This document shows positions 56,069 to 64,000 of a stretch of 64,000 nucleotides of DNA, in pieces (the first letter of the stretch is position 1; each line of letters starts with the position of its first letter). Under the pieces are notes generated by a model. It ran no database searches. It worked only from the letters and a program-made list of their open reading frames with translations, and had not been told where the DNA came from. Source of the DNA: Planctomycetota bacterium (GTDB taxonomy: Bacteria > Planctomycetota > Planctomycetia > Pirellulales > Pirellulaceae); contig JAQBZB010000010.1 in assembly GCA_027622275.1 (NCBI GenBank), positions 2,598 through 66,597 of the forward strand. Reading direction: 5' to 3'. The position numbers and the translations under genes are program-made.

Positions 56069-56470
56069 ATGATGCCAAATGCCCCGACGCGAATCGCCAT
56101 CGCCGTGGTCGAGCGAAATGGCCAATTCCTGGTGGGAGAACGTCCGCCAGGAAAGCCGCTCGCTGGGTGTGCTGAGTTCCCTGGTGGGCGCGTCGAAGTC
56201 GGTGAGACGCCCGAGGAGGCAGCGGTTCGCGAGTGCTTCGAAGAAACGGGCCTGAACGTCTCGGTCGTCCGTCGTTATGACGAATCCCGACATGACTACG
56301 CGCACGACCGCGTGCATTTGCATTTCTTCGCCTGCCGGACGATCGGCGCTGACATCGAGCCACGAACGCCGTTCCGTTGGGTGCCGCGAGGGGACTTGAG
56401 ATCGCTCGATTTCCCCGCGGCGAACCGCGAACTGCTGAGCGTGCTGGCCGACGCGGAAGACTCGGATTAG
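56069..56470 (+). CDS. Nudix hydrolase (MutT-like)
   Basis: Nudix box GGRVEVGETPEEAAVRECFEETG. Confidence 0.85.
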   Translation: MMPNAPTRIAIAVVERNGQFLVGERPPGKPLAGCAEFPGGRVEVGETPEEAAVRECFEETGLNVSVVRRYDESRHDYAHDRVHLHFFACRTIGADIEPRTPFRWVPRGDLRSLDFPAANRELLSVLADAEDSD

Positions 56471-56474
56471 CAGC

Positions 56475-56756
56475 TCAAAAGATGGTATCAGGCGCTGTAT
56501 TGCCAAGGTCCATCGTCGCGCCAAGCGACATCGTCGCCAGAGTCACTCCGTTCATCATCCACGAGCCGATTCCAGTCCAGGTCGCCAGCAGGCAGATCGC
56601 GGCGACGAGCGCCAGGCAGGCAAAAAAGAAACGCTCGTAGCGAACTTGGTTTTCCGCGCGTTGTCCCAGGCGAGCGATCACGACGCTGAGGATCGCGGCC
56701 GCTTGAACGACCAGCGCAACACAAAAGAAAACGCTGTCTTGATTGTTAGCCCACAT
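56475..56756 (-). CDS. Small membrane protein (three hydrophobic helices), hypothetical
   Basis: VFFCVALVVQAAAILSVVIA, FFFACLALVAAICLLATW, WMMNGVTLATMSLG. No family recognised. Confidence 0.4.
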   Translation of the reverse strand: MWANNQDSVFFCVALVVQAAAILSVVIARLGQRAENQVRYERFFFACLALVAAICLLATWTGIGSWMMNGVTLATMSLGATMDLGNTAPDTIF

Positions 56757-56980
56757 CCTTGTTGGCTCCTGATGACGTTGAACGCGGCGAGAGTGTACCC
56801 GGATTCATGCCATCAAGGGAATGCGAACTTTGTGCCAATGCCGCTCCGACGATCGAAAATATGCGGCGATGGCACGAATACACGACGTTTGTGCCAGTTT
56901 TTTCGCCGCGATGTCGAAGCCGGCGCGTTGCAAATCTTACAACTCGATCGGACCCGCATTGCTAGCGGCAACAGCAAATG

Positions 56981-58858
56981 TCACTTCAACAATCGCTGCA
57001 ACTCAGTGTCGAGTTCCGCAGAGTGGATGTTGCGACGGACGACTTGGCCGGACTTGTCGATCAACAACATCGTGGGCAGCGTCATGATGCCAAGTTCGTT
57101 GGCGAGACGGCTGTCGAGCCCGCCCGGTTCGTAAAGCTGAGGCCAGGGAAGTGAAGTCGCTTGGAGGTACTCGGTCAGCGACTTGGCCTCGCCATCGAGA
57201 TTGATGCCGAGGGGGGCGAAACCTTTTGTCGCGTAACGTGCCTGAAGAGCCTTGATGGTTTTCAAGTCCTCCTTGCATGGTTCGCACCAAGTTGCCCAGT
57301 AGTGAATCAGGACCACCCTGCCTTGATACGCGGTTAGATCGATCGAGCGACCATCGTGCGTCTTGCCTTGGAGCTGGATGCTGTGCCCCACGGATTCCAG
57401 TCGTCGCTTGGCTCCGGCGGCCTTCGTCGCCATCGGGCTGGCCGAGAAGTCGCTCACCACTTGGCTGTACCATTTCGCCGCGTCAGCTTCCTGCCCGGCG
57501 AATTCGTGAGCGACGGCGAGTTGGAGCATCGCTTCCGGTGCCGAGTCGCTCTTTGGAAAGTCCTTGGAAAAATCTTCGAGGTCCTTCAACCATTGCTCTT
57601 GGATCTTCGCGAAATCAGCGTTTGGCGATTGTAGTTTCTGGCTATAGTCAGCGGTCAGGTACTGAAACTTGACGTAGGGCACAAGCTCCGCCATGTCCCT
57701 GTCGCTCGCCAAGTCTTGGACGACCTTCTTCAGGCGATCGATGCCGTCCGGGTAATCACCTGCCTGGATCGCCGCGCTGACACTGTCCGCAAACTGCCGC
57801 GTCCAAGTGGATCGTTCTTCGACGGAGGAAGCTTGCGCGGCGATCTTTTCGAGGATGTCCGCCCGGCTTCGATTCAGTTTCGCAAGCGATGCCGAATCGG
57901 CGGTTTCGGCCAGTTGCTTGTCGATCTTTTCGAGATCGCCCAGCAGCGATTGCATGGCCCCATTCACGTTTCCGGTATCGCCTTCGATGACGTCCGGCGC
58001 CCGCTCCACCGATGTGTAGAAGAACCCCGCCGAAGCTTCGCTTTTCGGGAGGTCAACGACTCGCCAGCCATCACCGACGCGAACCAGCGTGCCGACCGAA
58101 ACTTGACCGTGCTTTCCGTCTGTGTCGATGATCGCGGCGGCGTTGTCATACGCCACGAGATCCTTGGTCGCACCATCCGCTCCGATGGGAATCACGCCCG
58201 GGCGAGTACCACCAAAGTGCAGCCACTTGGCCTGACTCATCACCATCGTTTGTGATTTAGCGAGTGGCGCGATGCCATCTTCGGCGGACTTGATTCGGCT
58301 CGCGAGATCGGTTTCCAGGCTCTTGCCGACGCCGAGTTGTGCCAGTTCCGTCTTGGTGAGCAAGAGCCGCTTGAACCGTTCGACATCTCGCTCACGCAGC
58401 GCGGCGATCACCTCGGCGGTTGTCTCTTCCGGCGAGATCATTTTCCAATTATCGATAAGGCCATCTTCGTTCTTGTCGAGACCCCACCGTGTGCCGCTCG
58501 TCCCCAGCCAGCGATACTGATCCGCCTTGCCGTTGAAGTTGGCATCGACGTCTCGATAGACCTCGATGCCATCTTTGAAGTAGCTCCATTGATCGAGCTT
58601 CTTGTCGTTGTTCGTGTCGAGAAATCGACGTAGCATCTGACCGGATTCGTCGCGCACGATCCACCCCGAACCGAGTTCCCGCGCCGCCTCGATCTGGCAC
58701 TTCGCTGCCTTCTCGGCAGTCGGAATGTCGTACTCGGCGTCCGTTTGAATCGGCTTCAACTCGAGGGCCTGTTCCACGGTCGGCGAGGCCGACAGGTTTA
58801 GGGGCGAGAAGGCGAGTACGGCGGCTGCCACGGCGAAGCGAAGATCATTCGTGAGCAT
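56981..58858 (-). CDS. Secreted multidomain protein ending in a TlpA/ResA-like thioredoxin domain
   Basis: Signal AVAAAVLAFSPLNLSA. Asp-rich Ca-binding-like repeats (DTNNDKKLDQW, DANFNGKADQY, DKNEDGLIDNW). C-terminal VVLIHYWATWCEPCKEDL (CxxC). Confidence 0.8.
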   Translation of the reverse strand: MLTNDLRFAVAAAVLAFSPLNLSASPTVEQALELKPIQTDAEYDIPTAEKAAKCQIEAARELGSGWIVRDESGQMLRRFLDTNNDKKLDQWSYFKDGIEVYRDVDANFNGKADQYRWLGTSGTRWGLDKNEDGLIDNWKMISPEETTAEVIAALRERDVERFKRLLLTKTELAQLGVGKSLETDLASRIKSAEDGIAPLAKSQTMVMSQAKWLHFGGTRPGVIPIGADGATKDLVAYDNAAAIIDTDGKHGQVSVGTLVRVGDGWRVVDLPKSEASAGFFYTSVERAPDVIEGDTGNVNGAMQSLLGDLEKIDKQLAETADSASLAKLNRSRADILEKIAAQASSVEERSTWTRQFADSVSAAIQAGDYPDGIDRLKKVVQDLASDRDMAELVPYVKFQYLTADYSQKLQSPNADFAKIQEQWLKDLEDFSKDFPKSDSAPEAMLQLAVAHEFAGQEADAAKWYSQVVSDFSASPMATKAAGAKRRLESVGHSIQLQGKTHDGRSIDLTAYQGRVVLIHYWATWCEPCKEDLKTIKALQARYATKGFAPLGINLDGEAKSLTEYLQATSLPWPQLYEPGGLDSRLANELGIMTLPTMLLIDKSGQVVRRNIHSAELDTELQRLLK

Positions 58859-59025
58859 CGGGCTGTCTTTCGAGAGGATCGGGCAACGTATTTCGACAAC
58901 GGTGCTATATCGAGATTTCTCTTCGACCGATTCAGCCTTCCATCGCCAGTAAAAATAGGCAGAGTTTTCCGGTTGTAGTGAAGGTTGGCTACAATCAAGG
59001 GCAACAGTTCAACCTTCTGCCAACG

Positions 59026-60087
59026 TCAGTCGGCATTGGCCTCGATGGCGAATAGGTGCGTCTTGTTGGCGATGTAAAGCACGTTGTTGGCGACGATCGG
59101 CGTTTGGTACAGGGAGTTTCCCATGTTGATTTCGTGTTTCGGCGACAGCCCTTTATCAATCGATTCCGTCGAGTCAGGCGACAGATCAAAAATTGCCACG
59201 TCTCCATCCTCGTCACCCACATACACGAGCCCGTCGTAGATGACGGGAACGGCGATCAGGTTGTTGCGAGTCCCCCGTCCCCCCAGAATCCACTTTGATT
59301 CCTTTGCGTTAGCGTCGAATTTCCAAACCAGTTCCGGCTTGCTGTCTTTCCAGCGATCCGCTCGAAAGCTGTAGAGCCAGCCGTCACCACCGGGAAAAAT
59401 CACTTGCGGTACACCTTCAAACACACCTACTACGGGACTTGACCACTGGCCGTGCAAGATGTTCTGGCCGGGCGAGTTGTCTGTCCAAAGCACCTCGCCG
59501 TTGTTCTTGTCCATCGCCATGAAGCTGGGCGCATCCGGGGCCGGAATGTGGTTATGCGATTCATCAACGGCATTCGACGTGCAGATGAACAACGTGTTGC
59601 CCCAGATCGTGGGGCTGCAATTCGCCATGTTGTGTTGGGAGACGCCGAGTTCGGCCATCATGTCGAACTTCCACACAACATCGGCTTCCTCTCTGTCTGC
59701 TGGCGAGATCTTCACGTGGCATGTGAGCTTTTGTCCCTCGGCATCGAGGCGAAAGTTCTTTCGCACGCCGTCAATCATGGCGATGATGTCCCATTGTTTG
59801 TTGGGCTCGGCCACGCTGATTTCTACACGTTCCGGCAGTCCGATTCCCGAGGAAACAAACAGCGTTCTCAGCGCTGGCGAAAGCTTGCCGGCGCCGATAC
59901 CAGCGAGCACGTTTGTTTCAAGGTGAAGCACTTCCTTAGCCGAGTCTTCGGTGGCAGTGATACGAAGACGAGTTCCTTCAAGACGCATTTCATAAAGGGG
60001 AACGACGTGTTTGCCGTTTGTCGTCGTAACAATCCAACGGTCTGTGCCTTGGTCTCTCCGAGATGTAAGAAATGAACAGCCGGTCAC
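59026..60087 (-). CDS. PQQ-like beta-propeller repeat protein (no recognisable signal peptide; GTG start)
   Basis: Repeats such as GEVLWTDN, SSPVVGVFEGVPQVIF.GGDGWLYSF, AVPVIYDGLVYVG, QTPIVANNVLYIA. An in-frame TAG lies 11 codons upstream of the GTG. Confidence 0.7.
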   Translation of the reverse strand: MTGCSFLTSRRDQGTDRWIVTTTNGKHVVPLYEMRLEGTRLRITATEDSAKEVLHLETNVLAGIGAGKLSPALRTLFVSSGIGLPERVEISVAEPNKQWDIIAMIDGVRKNFRLDAEGQKLTCHVKISPADREEADVVWKFDMMAELGVSQHNMANCSPTIWGNTLFICTSNAVDESHNHIPAPDAPSFMAMDKNNGEVLWTDNSPGQNILHGQWSSPVVGVFEGVPQVIFPGGDGWLYSFRADRWKDSKPELVWKFDANAKESKWILGGRGTRNNLIAVPVIYDGLVYVGDEDGDVAIFDLSPDSTESIDKGLSPKHEINMGNSLYQTPIVANNVLYIANKTHLFAIEANAD

Positions 60088-60270
60088 ATTGATGCTGTAG
60101 CCACGGCGGGCATTCTACACCTCTGGCTGGTCAATTGCATTCTGACTTTATGTATCCCACGACCGCAGCTCCCATTTGTCGTCGGCCCGCTTCACGAACA
60201 GCGATAGCGGAGAAGAAGCAGGCGATGACACCGCGCCGATCGGCCGGCCGACCGCGGCAGCAAATGCCAG

Positions 60271-60651
60271 TTACTTCATACGCAGCACAAAGATCTTGTG
60301 CGGCGCGTCACCATCCACGACATAGAGTTCTCCGGAGGCTGCCTCCAGTCCCTTGGCCAGGCCCAGCTTCACTCCGGGCACGCCTTCGACGTCCCAAACG
60401 CCGGCGTCTGCCTTTGCGTTCCAAGCCACTTTCACGATCTGTTTCGTATCGGTCAACACCCATCGGTAGGGCGCAGCGTAGCCCAGCCCGACGATGTTGC
60501 CTTGTTGGGACGTATAAACCGGCCGTGGATTGTTCCTCGCATTCAGCACCGCGTAATCCTGCTTCTCAAAATCGTATCGAACCCTGCGGCTGCTGAGTCT
60601 TGCTGCACGGAGTGCAGGCCAACAGGCCGAACTCAACGAAAACGACAACAA
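60271..60651 (-). CDS. Hypothetical protein; probable lipoprotein whose signal peptide lies in another frame
   Basis: The 126-aa ORF looks coding from ...VRYDFEKQDYAVL onward. ATG 60661 in a different frame encodes MRLVVVVFVEFGLLAC (lipobox) and stops after 31 codons. Confidence 0.4.
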   Translation of the reverse strand: MLSFSLSSACWPALRAARLSSRRVRYDFEKQDYAVLNARNNPRPVYTSQQGNIVGLGYAAPYRWVLTDTKQIVKVAWNAKADAGVWDVEGVPGVKLGLAKGLEAASGELYVVDGDAPHKIFVLRMK

Positions 60652-60756
60652 CTAAACGCATCGCCCCTACCCCAATCGATGAATCAGGATGGCACGATAA
60701 ACAGCCTTACAGCAATTGGACGAGAGGGCGATTGCTATGTCGAACAAACGGCAACA

Positions 60757-61971
60757 TTAATCCAAACTCCGGAGAAGTTCTTCGATGGACATCCGGAGCG
60801 CTGCCCCACTTAGGGTCTTCTCATCCATTCCCAGTTGATGCATCCAGTGCGCGGGATTCGGCGGGCCATCGCCCCATTCGGCGGTGGCACCGAACGCGAA
60901 ATAGACGTCCCATGCTAGTTCTCGATCGCGAGGCAACTCCACGACCTTTCCTAGCGCGAGCCCCAAACTCTTATCAGCATCCCAGAAGTGCGTCGCCCGC
61001 TCATTTGGGACTTGTCTGACCGCTTTGACCGCTGCTTGGCGATCGTCCTCTCTCAGGACAGGCGTCCAGACGACGTAGACCTTGAGTTTGTCGTGATTCA
61101 CCGCTTCAAGAATCTCCTTCTGCACCGCACGGGCACCGTTTTGGCACGGGCCTCACGTGGGCGAGAGAACAAGGACAAGCCTCACGTTTCCCACGTCACG
61201 ATTGAATGCTTCTTTCAGTTTCAGTTCGCCTTCCGACAACGCGATCAACTCGTCGCCCGTCTCCTTGGAGGCGACTTCGGCAAGTACGTCGTCCAACGAT
61301 TGGGCGAATGCATCCGGGCCTTGGAAATCTCGAAATCGACGAAGCTCTTCGCCCTCGGGGGACAGCAAACGGACATCGGGAAGGCCGACCGCGCCGTACT
61401 TGTTCGCAAGGGCCGGATGCTCGTCTGTATCCACCTTGATCAGGACGCACCGTTCCAAGAGCCGTGCGACCTTCTCGTCGGGGAACGTCTCTCGCAGCAT
61501 CCGCTGGCAGGGCACGCACCATGACGCAGTGAAGTCCAAGACGATGGGCTTGTTCTCGCTGCGTGCCTTGGCCAATGCTTCGCGAAAGAACGCCGGATCT
61601 TCGACAGCTTGAGCCGTGGCCTCGACGCGAGCCGTGAATCCTTCCTGTTTGATGGTAGCAATCAGGTCTGCTTCCGCGGCTTGCGACGCATCGTAATTGA
61701 CGACAAACTCGTCTCGTTCGAGGTCCATGCGGATCTCTCGAACAGCCTCAAGCCCTTCCAGGGCTTGTTTGACCGCGTTCGGTCACGACATTCACGTGCC
61801 GCCGCTTTTGCTCTTCTTGAAGCCGTCGATGTGCAGCGTCACCAGCTTCCAATCGGGCTTCGTCGCCGAGACCTTCTCGACTGGCTCGACTCTCGGAACC
61901 GTGGACTGATTGCAACCGAGAAGCGCAAACGCCGCGCACAATGTGGCAGTGGTCAAGAAATTGGATCGCAT
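60757..61971 (-). CDS. Candidate selenoprotein: lipoprotein with HMA domain (UxxU) + thioredoxin domain (CxxC) + thioredoxin-like domain (UxxC); three in-frame TGA
   Basis: A single frame runs from ATG 61971 to TAA 60757, interrupted only by TGA at 61792-61794, 61783-61785 and 61153-61155. Each TGA sits at a CxxC cysteine column. Lipobox ALLGC. A SECIS-like hairpin lies at 61749-61767. Confidence 0.65.
61749..61767 (-). promoter_or_regulatory. Candidate bacterial SECIS hairpin
   Basis: mRNA CAAGCCC-UGGAA-GGGCUUG has a perfect 7-bp stem and a GG-containing loop. It starts 15 nt after the second TGA and 24 nt after the first. Confidence 0.55.
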
Positions 61972-62004
61972 CGGTCGTCGTTCCTGCTTCGTTCTGGAAA
62001 GGAC

Positions 62005-62292
62005 TCAGTTAATCGGCTGTCCCAAGCCTGCTCCACGCAGCGTCGCTTCGTCCGGCCCTCGCCCCGTACAGCAGTCAGCAAGTTTACCATCGATAACAAC
62101 GGCAGGCACAGAGCGAATGCCCAGGCTCTTCGCCCGACTGGCGACGCTGGGATCGTGCATGTCCAACACCGTCACGTCGCACGATGGGCAGGCGATGTCC
62201 TTGACCGTTGAAATCGCGTCGTCACACGCTGGGCATCCCGCACTGAAAACTTCGATGGTGCGTTTCGTAGTCATCGCTGAGTTCTCCTTCAA
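62005..62292 (-). CDS. Small thioredoxin/glutaredoxin-fold protein (Thioredoxin_3-like)
   Basis: IEVFSAGCPACDDAISTVKDIACPSCDVTVLDM...RSVPAVVIDGKL. The start is possibly ATG 62274. Confidence 0.7.
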   Translation of the reverse strand: MKENSAMTTKRTIEVFSAGCPACDDAISTVKDIACPSCDVTVLDMHDPSVASRAKSLGIRSVPAVVIDGKLADCCTGRGPDEATLRGAGLGQPIN

Positions 62293-62327
62293 ATGAAATC
62301 GATTTGTTGGTCGGTTCGTTCCGCAAT

Positions 62328-62732
62328 CTATCCCTCCCTATCAAGTGCTTCCAGGATCGGGCACTCGCACGTTCCACCGCGACCGCGACACGCCTTCGTC
62401 ACTTTCACGAGTGCCTTCTTCATTCTTTGTAATGTCCGGATCTTGGCCTCGATATCATCGATCTTCTCGGCGGACCGCTTCTTCACGTCGGCACAGGTCG
62501 TCGTCGGATCGAGCCGCAACGAGAGCAATTCCTTGATCTCGTTGAGTGTGAAACCGAGTTCCTTGGCTCGCTTGATGAAACGCAGCCGGTCGACGACTTC
62601 CTCGTCGTATTGCCGATAGCCGGACGGCTTACGCTCGGGCACCGCCAGGAGTCCCTTTCGTTCGTAGAAGCGTACGGTTTCTACGCCAACGCCTGCACGC
62701 TTTGCAAGTTGTCCAACCGTCCATGAAGCCAT
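62328..62732 (-). CDS. merR: MerR-family metal-responsive regulator, Hg(II)-MerR-like Cys pattern
   Basis: N-terminal wHTH: TVGQLAKRAGVGVETVRFYERKGLL. Cys residues in TTTCADV, KACRG and GTCECP are spaced as in mercury MerR (about positions 80, 114 and 122-124). Confidence 0.8.
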   Translation of the reverse strand: MASWTVGQLAKRAGVGVETVRFYERKGLLAVPERKPSGYRQYDEEVVDRLRFIKRAKELGFTLNEIKELLSLRLDPTTTCADVKKRSAEKIDDIEAKIRTLQRMKKALVKVTKACRGRGGTCECPILEALDREG

Positions 62733-62753
62733 TGCAATTTCTCCAACGACACG

Positions 62754-62785
62754 ATTCTACACTCCGTACCATACTACGGAGTCAA
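62754..62785 (-). promoter_or_regulatory. MerR-type promoter/operator: -35 TTGACT, 20-bp spacer containing the dyad ACTCCGTA-N6-TACGGAGT, -10 TAGAAT
   Basis: The coding strand reads TTGACTCCGTAGTATGGTACGGAGTGTAGAAT, about 20 nt upstream of the merR ATG. The over-long spacer and dyad overlapping -35 are MerR-family hallmarks. Confidence 0.75.
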
Positions 62786-63018
62786 GACTGTTACCGCGGA
62801 AGCGGATCGCGACGACGTAGCCGCGTCTCGGCTGAGCGTTGATGAGACAATGATCATGATCGCGGGCCGACGATCCCACGCCGGGAGGGTGCGGGCGAAG
62901 AGATTTCTCGCACAGAACTTCTGCCGCCGCATCTGGCGCAGTAGGATTCAGTAGCGACTTGGCGTCGAACTCGCTAGATTACAAGCTCCTTCATCCCAGC
63001 CGACTCGGAGTGTCTGCC

Positions 63019-64000
63019 ATGCGCCCGTTTCTGACCCTAAGTGTTGTCGCGATAACCGTGGTGCTGGCGTCTTGCAGCCGCACTGAACCACTCTCGAAAA
63101 ACGGTCAAGGAAGTGAGGCGGTTGCGATAGCAGACGAACAGCGTGCCGATGACGCTCACCACGGCGTCGAGACGGACGTTCATGCGGCTGGTCATGCGCA
63201 GCACGAAGCTGCCAGCCAACATCAGGCCGATGGACATCACGCACATGGCGACGGTCACAATGAGCACCACCAAAAGATTGAAGCTGGCCACGCGACGAAT
63301 CCCGATCAACATGCGGGACATAGCGAGCACACGCATGCTCCCCATGACGACACGCACAAGACGGATCAGTCGGCGGTGACTTCAACGTCTCCCGTCTCCA
63401 AAGACCGGACCGCCTTGCAACTCTTTAAGCAACGGATCACGCCGATCATGCAGGCGACGAATCCGTCGAGTTGCAGCGAGTGCCACCTGAGCGGCGTGGA
63501 CTTGAAGCAGTACATCGGGCCGGATCAAGAGGCGACCTTCGCATCGCTTCGTATGTCGGGCCTGATCGACGTGGATGATCCCGATGCCTCAAAGATTCTC
63601 ACCTTCATCAATCGCCGACCAGAGAAACCGAGCCTGATCACTGACAAGATCCGCAAGGAAGAGTATGCGGCCTTCCGAGCCTGGATTCACGCCGCCGTGA
63701 AAGATCCCCAGGTCGCCGCCGCCGAAACATCGGATGCGGCCCTCGGGCCGACGATCCCGGACGAGGTGATCCGTCATGCACGCAAGGATCGAGTGCTGGC
63801 TTCGTTTATCGACAACATCTGGTCGGAAGTCGGCCGTTGCGCCGCGTGTCATTCACCGGATCGCAACCAGAAGCAAGTCGAAGAAAACGGCGAACAGGTT
63901 TCCTGGATCAAGCTAGGCGATCCGCAAGCGACGCTCGACTATATGCTGGAAGCTGAACTCTTCGACCTGACGGCACCGGAAGAGAGTCTGCTGTTGGCGA
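63019..64000 (+). CDS. Lipoprotein with His-rich tract and two CxxCH motifs (planctomycete cytochrome-c-like), 3' end outside the window
   Basis: Not in the ORF track (no stop in the window). Frame 1 from ATG 63019 reads MRPFLTLSVVAITVVLASC (lipobox), then ~70 aa with about 20 His (HHGVETDVHAAGHAQHE...HHAHGDGHNEHH...HSEHTHAPHDDTH), then CSECH and CAACH. Confidence 0.7.
   Translation, partial: MRPFLTLSVVAITVVLASCSRTEPLSKNGQGSEAVAIADEQRADDAHHGVETDVHAAGHAQHEAASQHQADGHHAHGDGHNEHHQKIEAGHATNPDQHAGHSEHTHAPHDDTHKTDQSAVTSTSPVSKDRTALQLFKQRITPIMQATNPSSCSECHLSGVDLKQYIGPDQEATFASLRMSGLIDVDDPDASKILTFINRRPEKPSLITDKIRKEEYAAFRAWIHAAVKDPQVAAAETSDAALGPTIPDEVIRHARKDRVLASFIDNIWSEVGRCAACHSPDRNQKQVEENGEQVSWIKLGDPQATLDYMLEAELFDLTAPEESLLLA

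Noticed and set aside
53036-56524. 1162-aa ORF on the minus strand
   Set aside because: Only the C-terminal 625 aa (from ATG 54913) form a coherent GAF-AAA+-HTH activator. The N-terminal part is antisense to fabI and the Nudix gene, crosses a family-A palindrome and has Arg-rich junk composition.
60566-60661. TGA ending the 31-codon signal-peptide frame as a fourth selenocysteine codon
   Set aside because: Read-through yields Arg/Gly-rich nonsense, and the TGA is not at a Cys motif. A frameshift is the simpler explanation.
62948-63385. Minus-strand ORFs 62948..63385 and 63037..63357
   Set aside because: They are antisense to the His-rich lipoprotein frame, which has a lipobox signal and continues into CxxCH motifs. 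Their composition mirrors the His codons (Met/Val-rich).

Overview
The window looks like high-GC chromosomal DNA from a Planctomycetota (Pirellulales-like) genome. This is inferred from the DUF1553/DUF1501/DUF1559 gene families, planctomycete cytochrome-c-like CxxCH proteins and abundant nested palindromic repeats. Gene content by region: (i) 1-5.6 kb holds a DUF1553 + DUF1501 + secreted PPC-like protein triad and a Uma2 endonuclease. (ii) 5.8-11.8 kb holds a four-gene pseudopilin operon, divergent from a TadG-like vWA protein. (iii) 12-22.8 kb holds housekeeping and envelope genes: HExxH protein, HpcH aldolase, GT39-like glycosyltransferase, LptD-like protein, dgkA and two phosphohexomutases. 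(iv) 22.88-26.64 kb is a 3.76-kb IS1-family transposon with 27-bp terminal inverted repeats and an 8-bp target duplication. It carries dinD, the transposase, a non-canonical 9/3 'allo-tRNA'-like gene (anticodon UAU) and two unknown genes, and it is followed by hicAB. (v) 27-31 kb holds a second DUF1501 gene and two tandem cyclophilins. (vi) 31-48.3 kb holds a minus-strand N-methylglutamate-pathway-like cluster (mgsABC, amt, gmaS-like GS, and a SoxBDAG/MgdABCD-like oxidase). It is split by a plus-strand CHAT-STAND-TPR gene and a ~455-bp compound palindrome. (vii) 48.4-60 kb holds rsmD, rhomboid, mobA, DinB-family, DUF1559, a sigma54 activator, fabI, a Nudix hydrolase, a TlpA-like protein and a PQQ-propeller protein. 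(viii) 60.7-64 kb holds a MerR-controlled operon. Its main gene is a lipoprotein with an HMA domain and two thioredoxin-like domains. It has three in-frame TGA codons exactly at CxxC cysteine positions and a SECIS-like hairpin, making it a candidate multi-selenocysteine protein. It lies divergent from a His-rich di-CxxCH lipoprotein. Everything is read by eye from the sequence and the ORF track; no database search or folding program was run.
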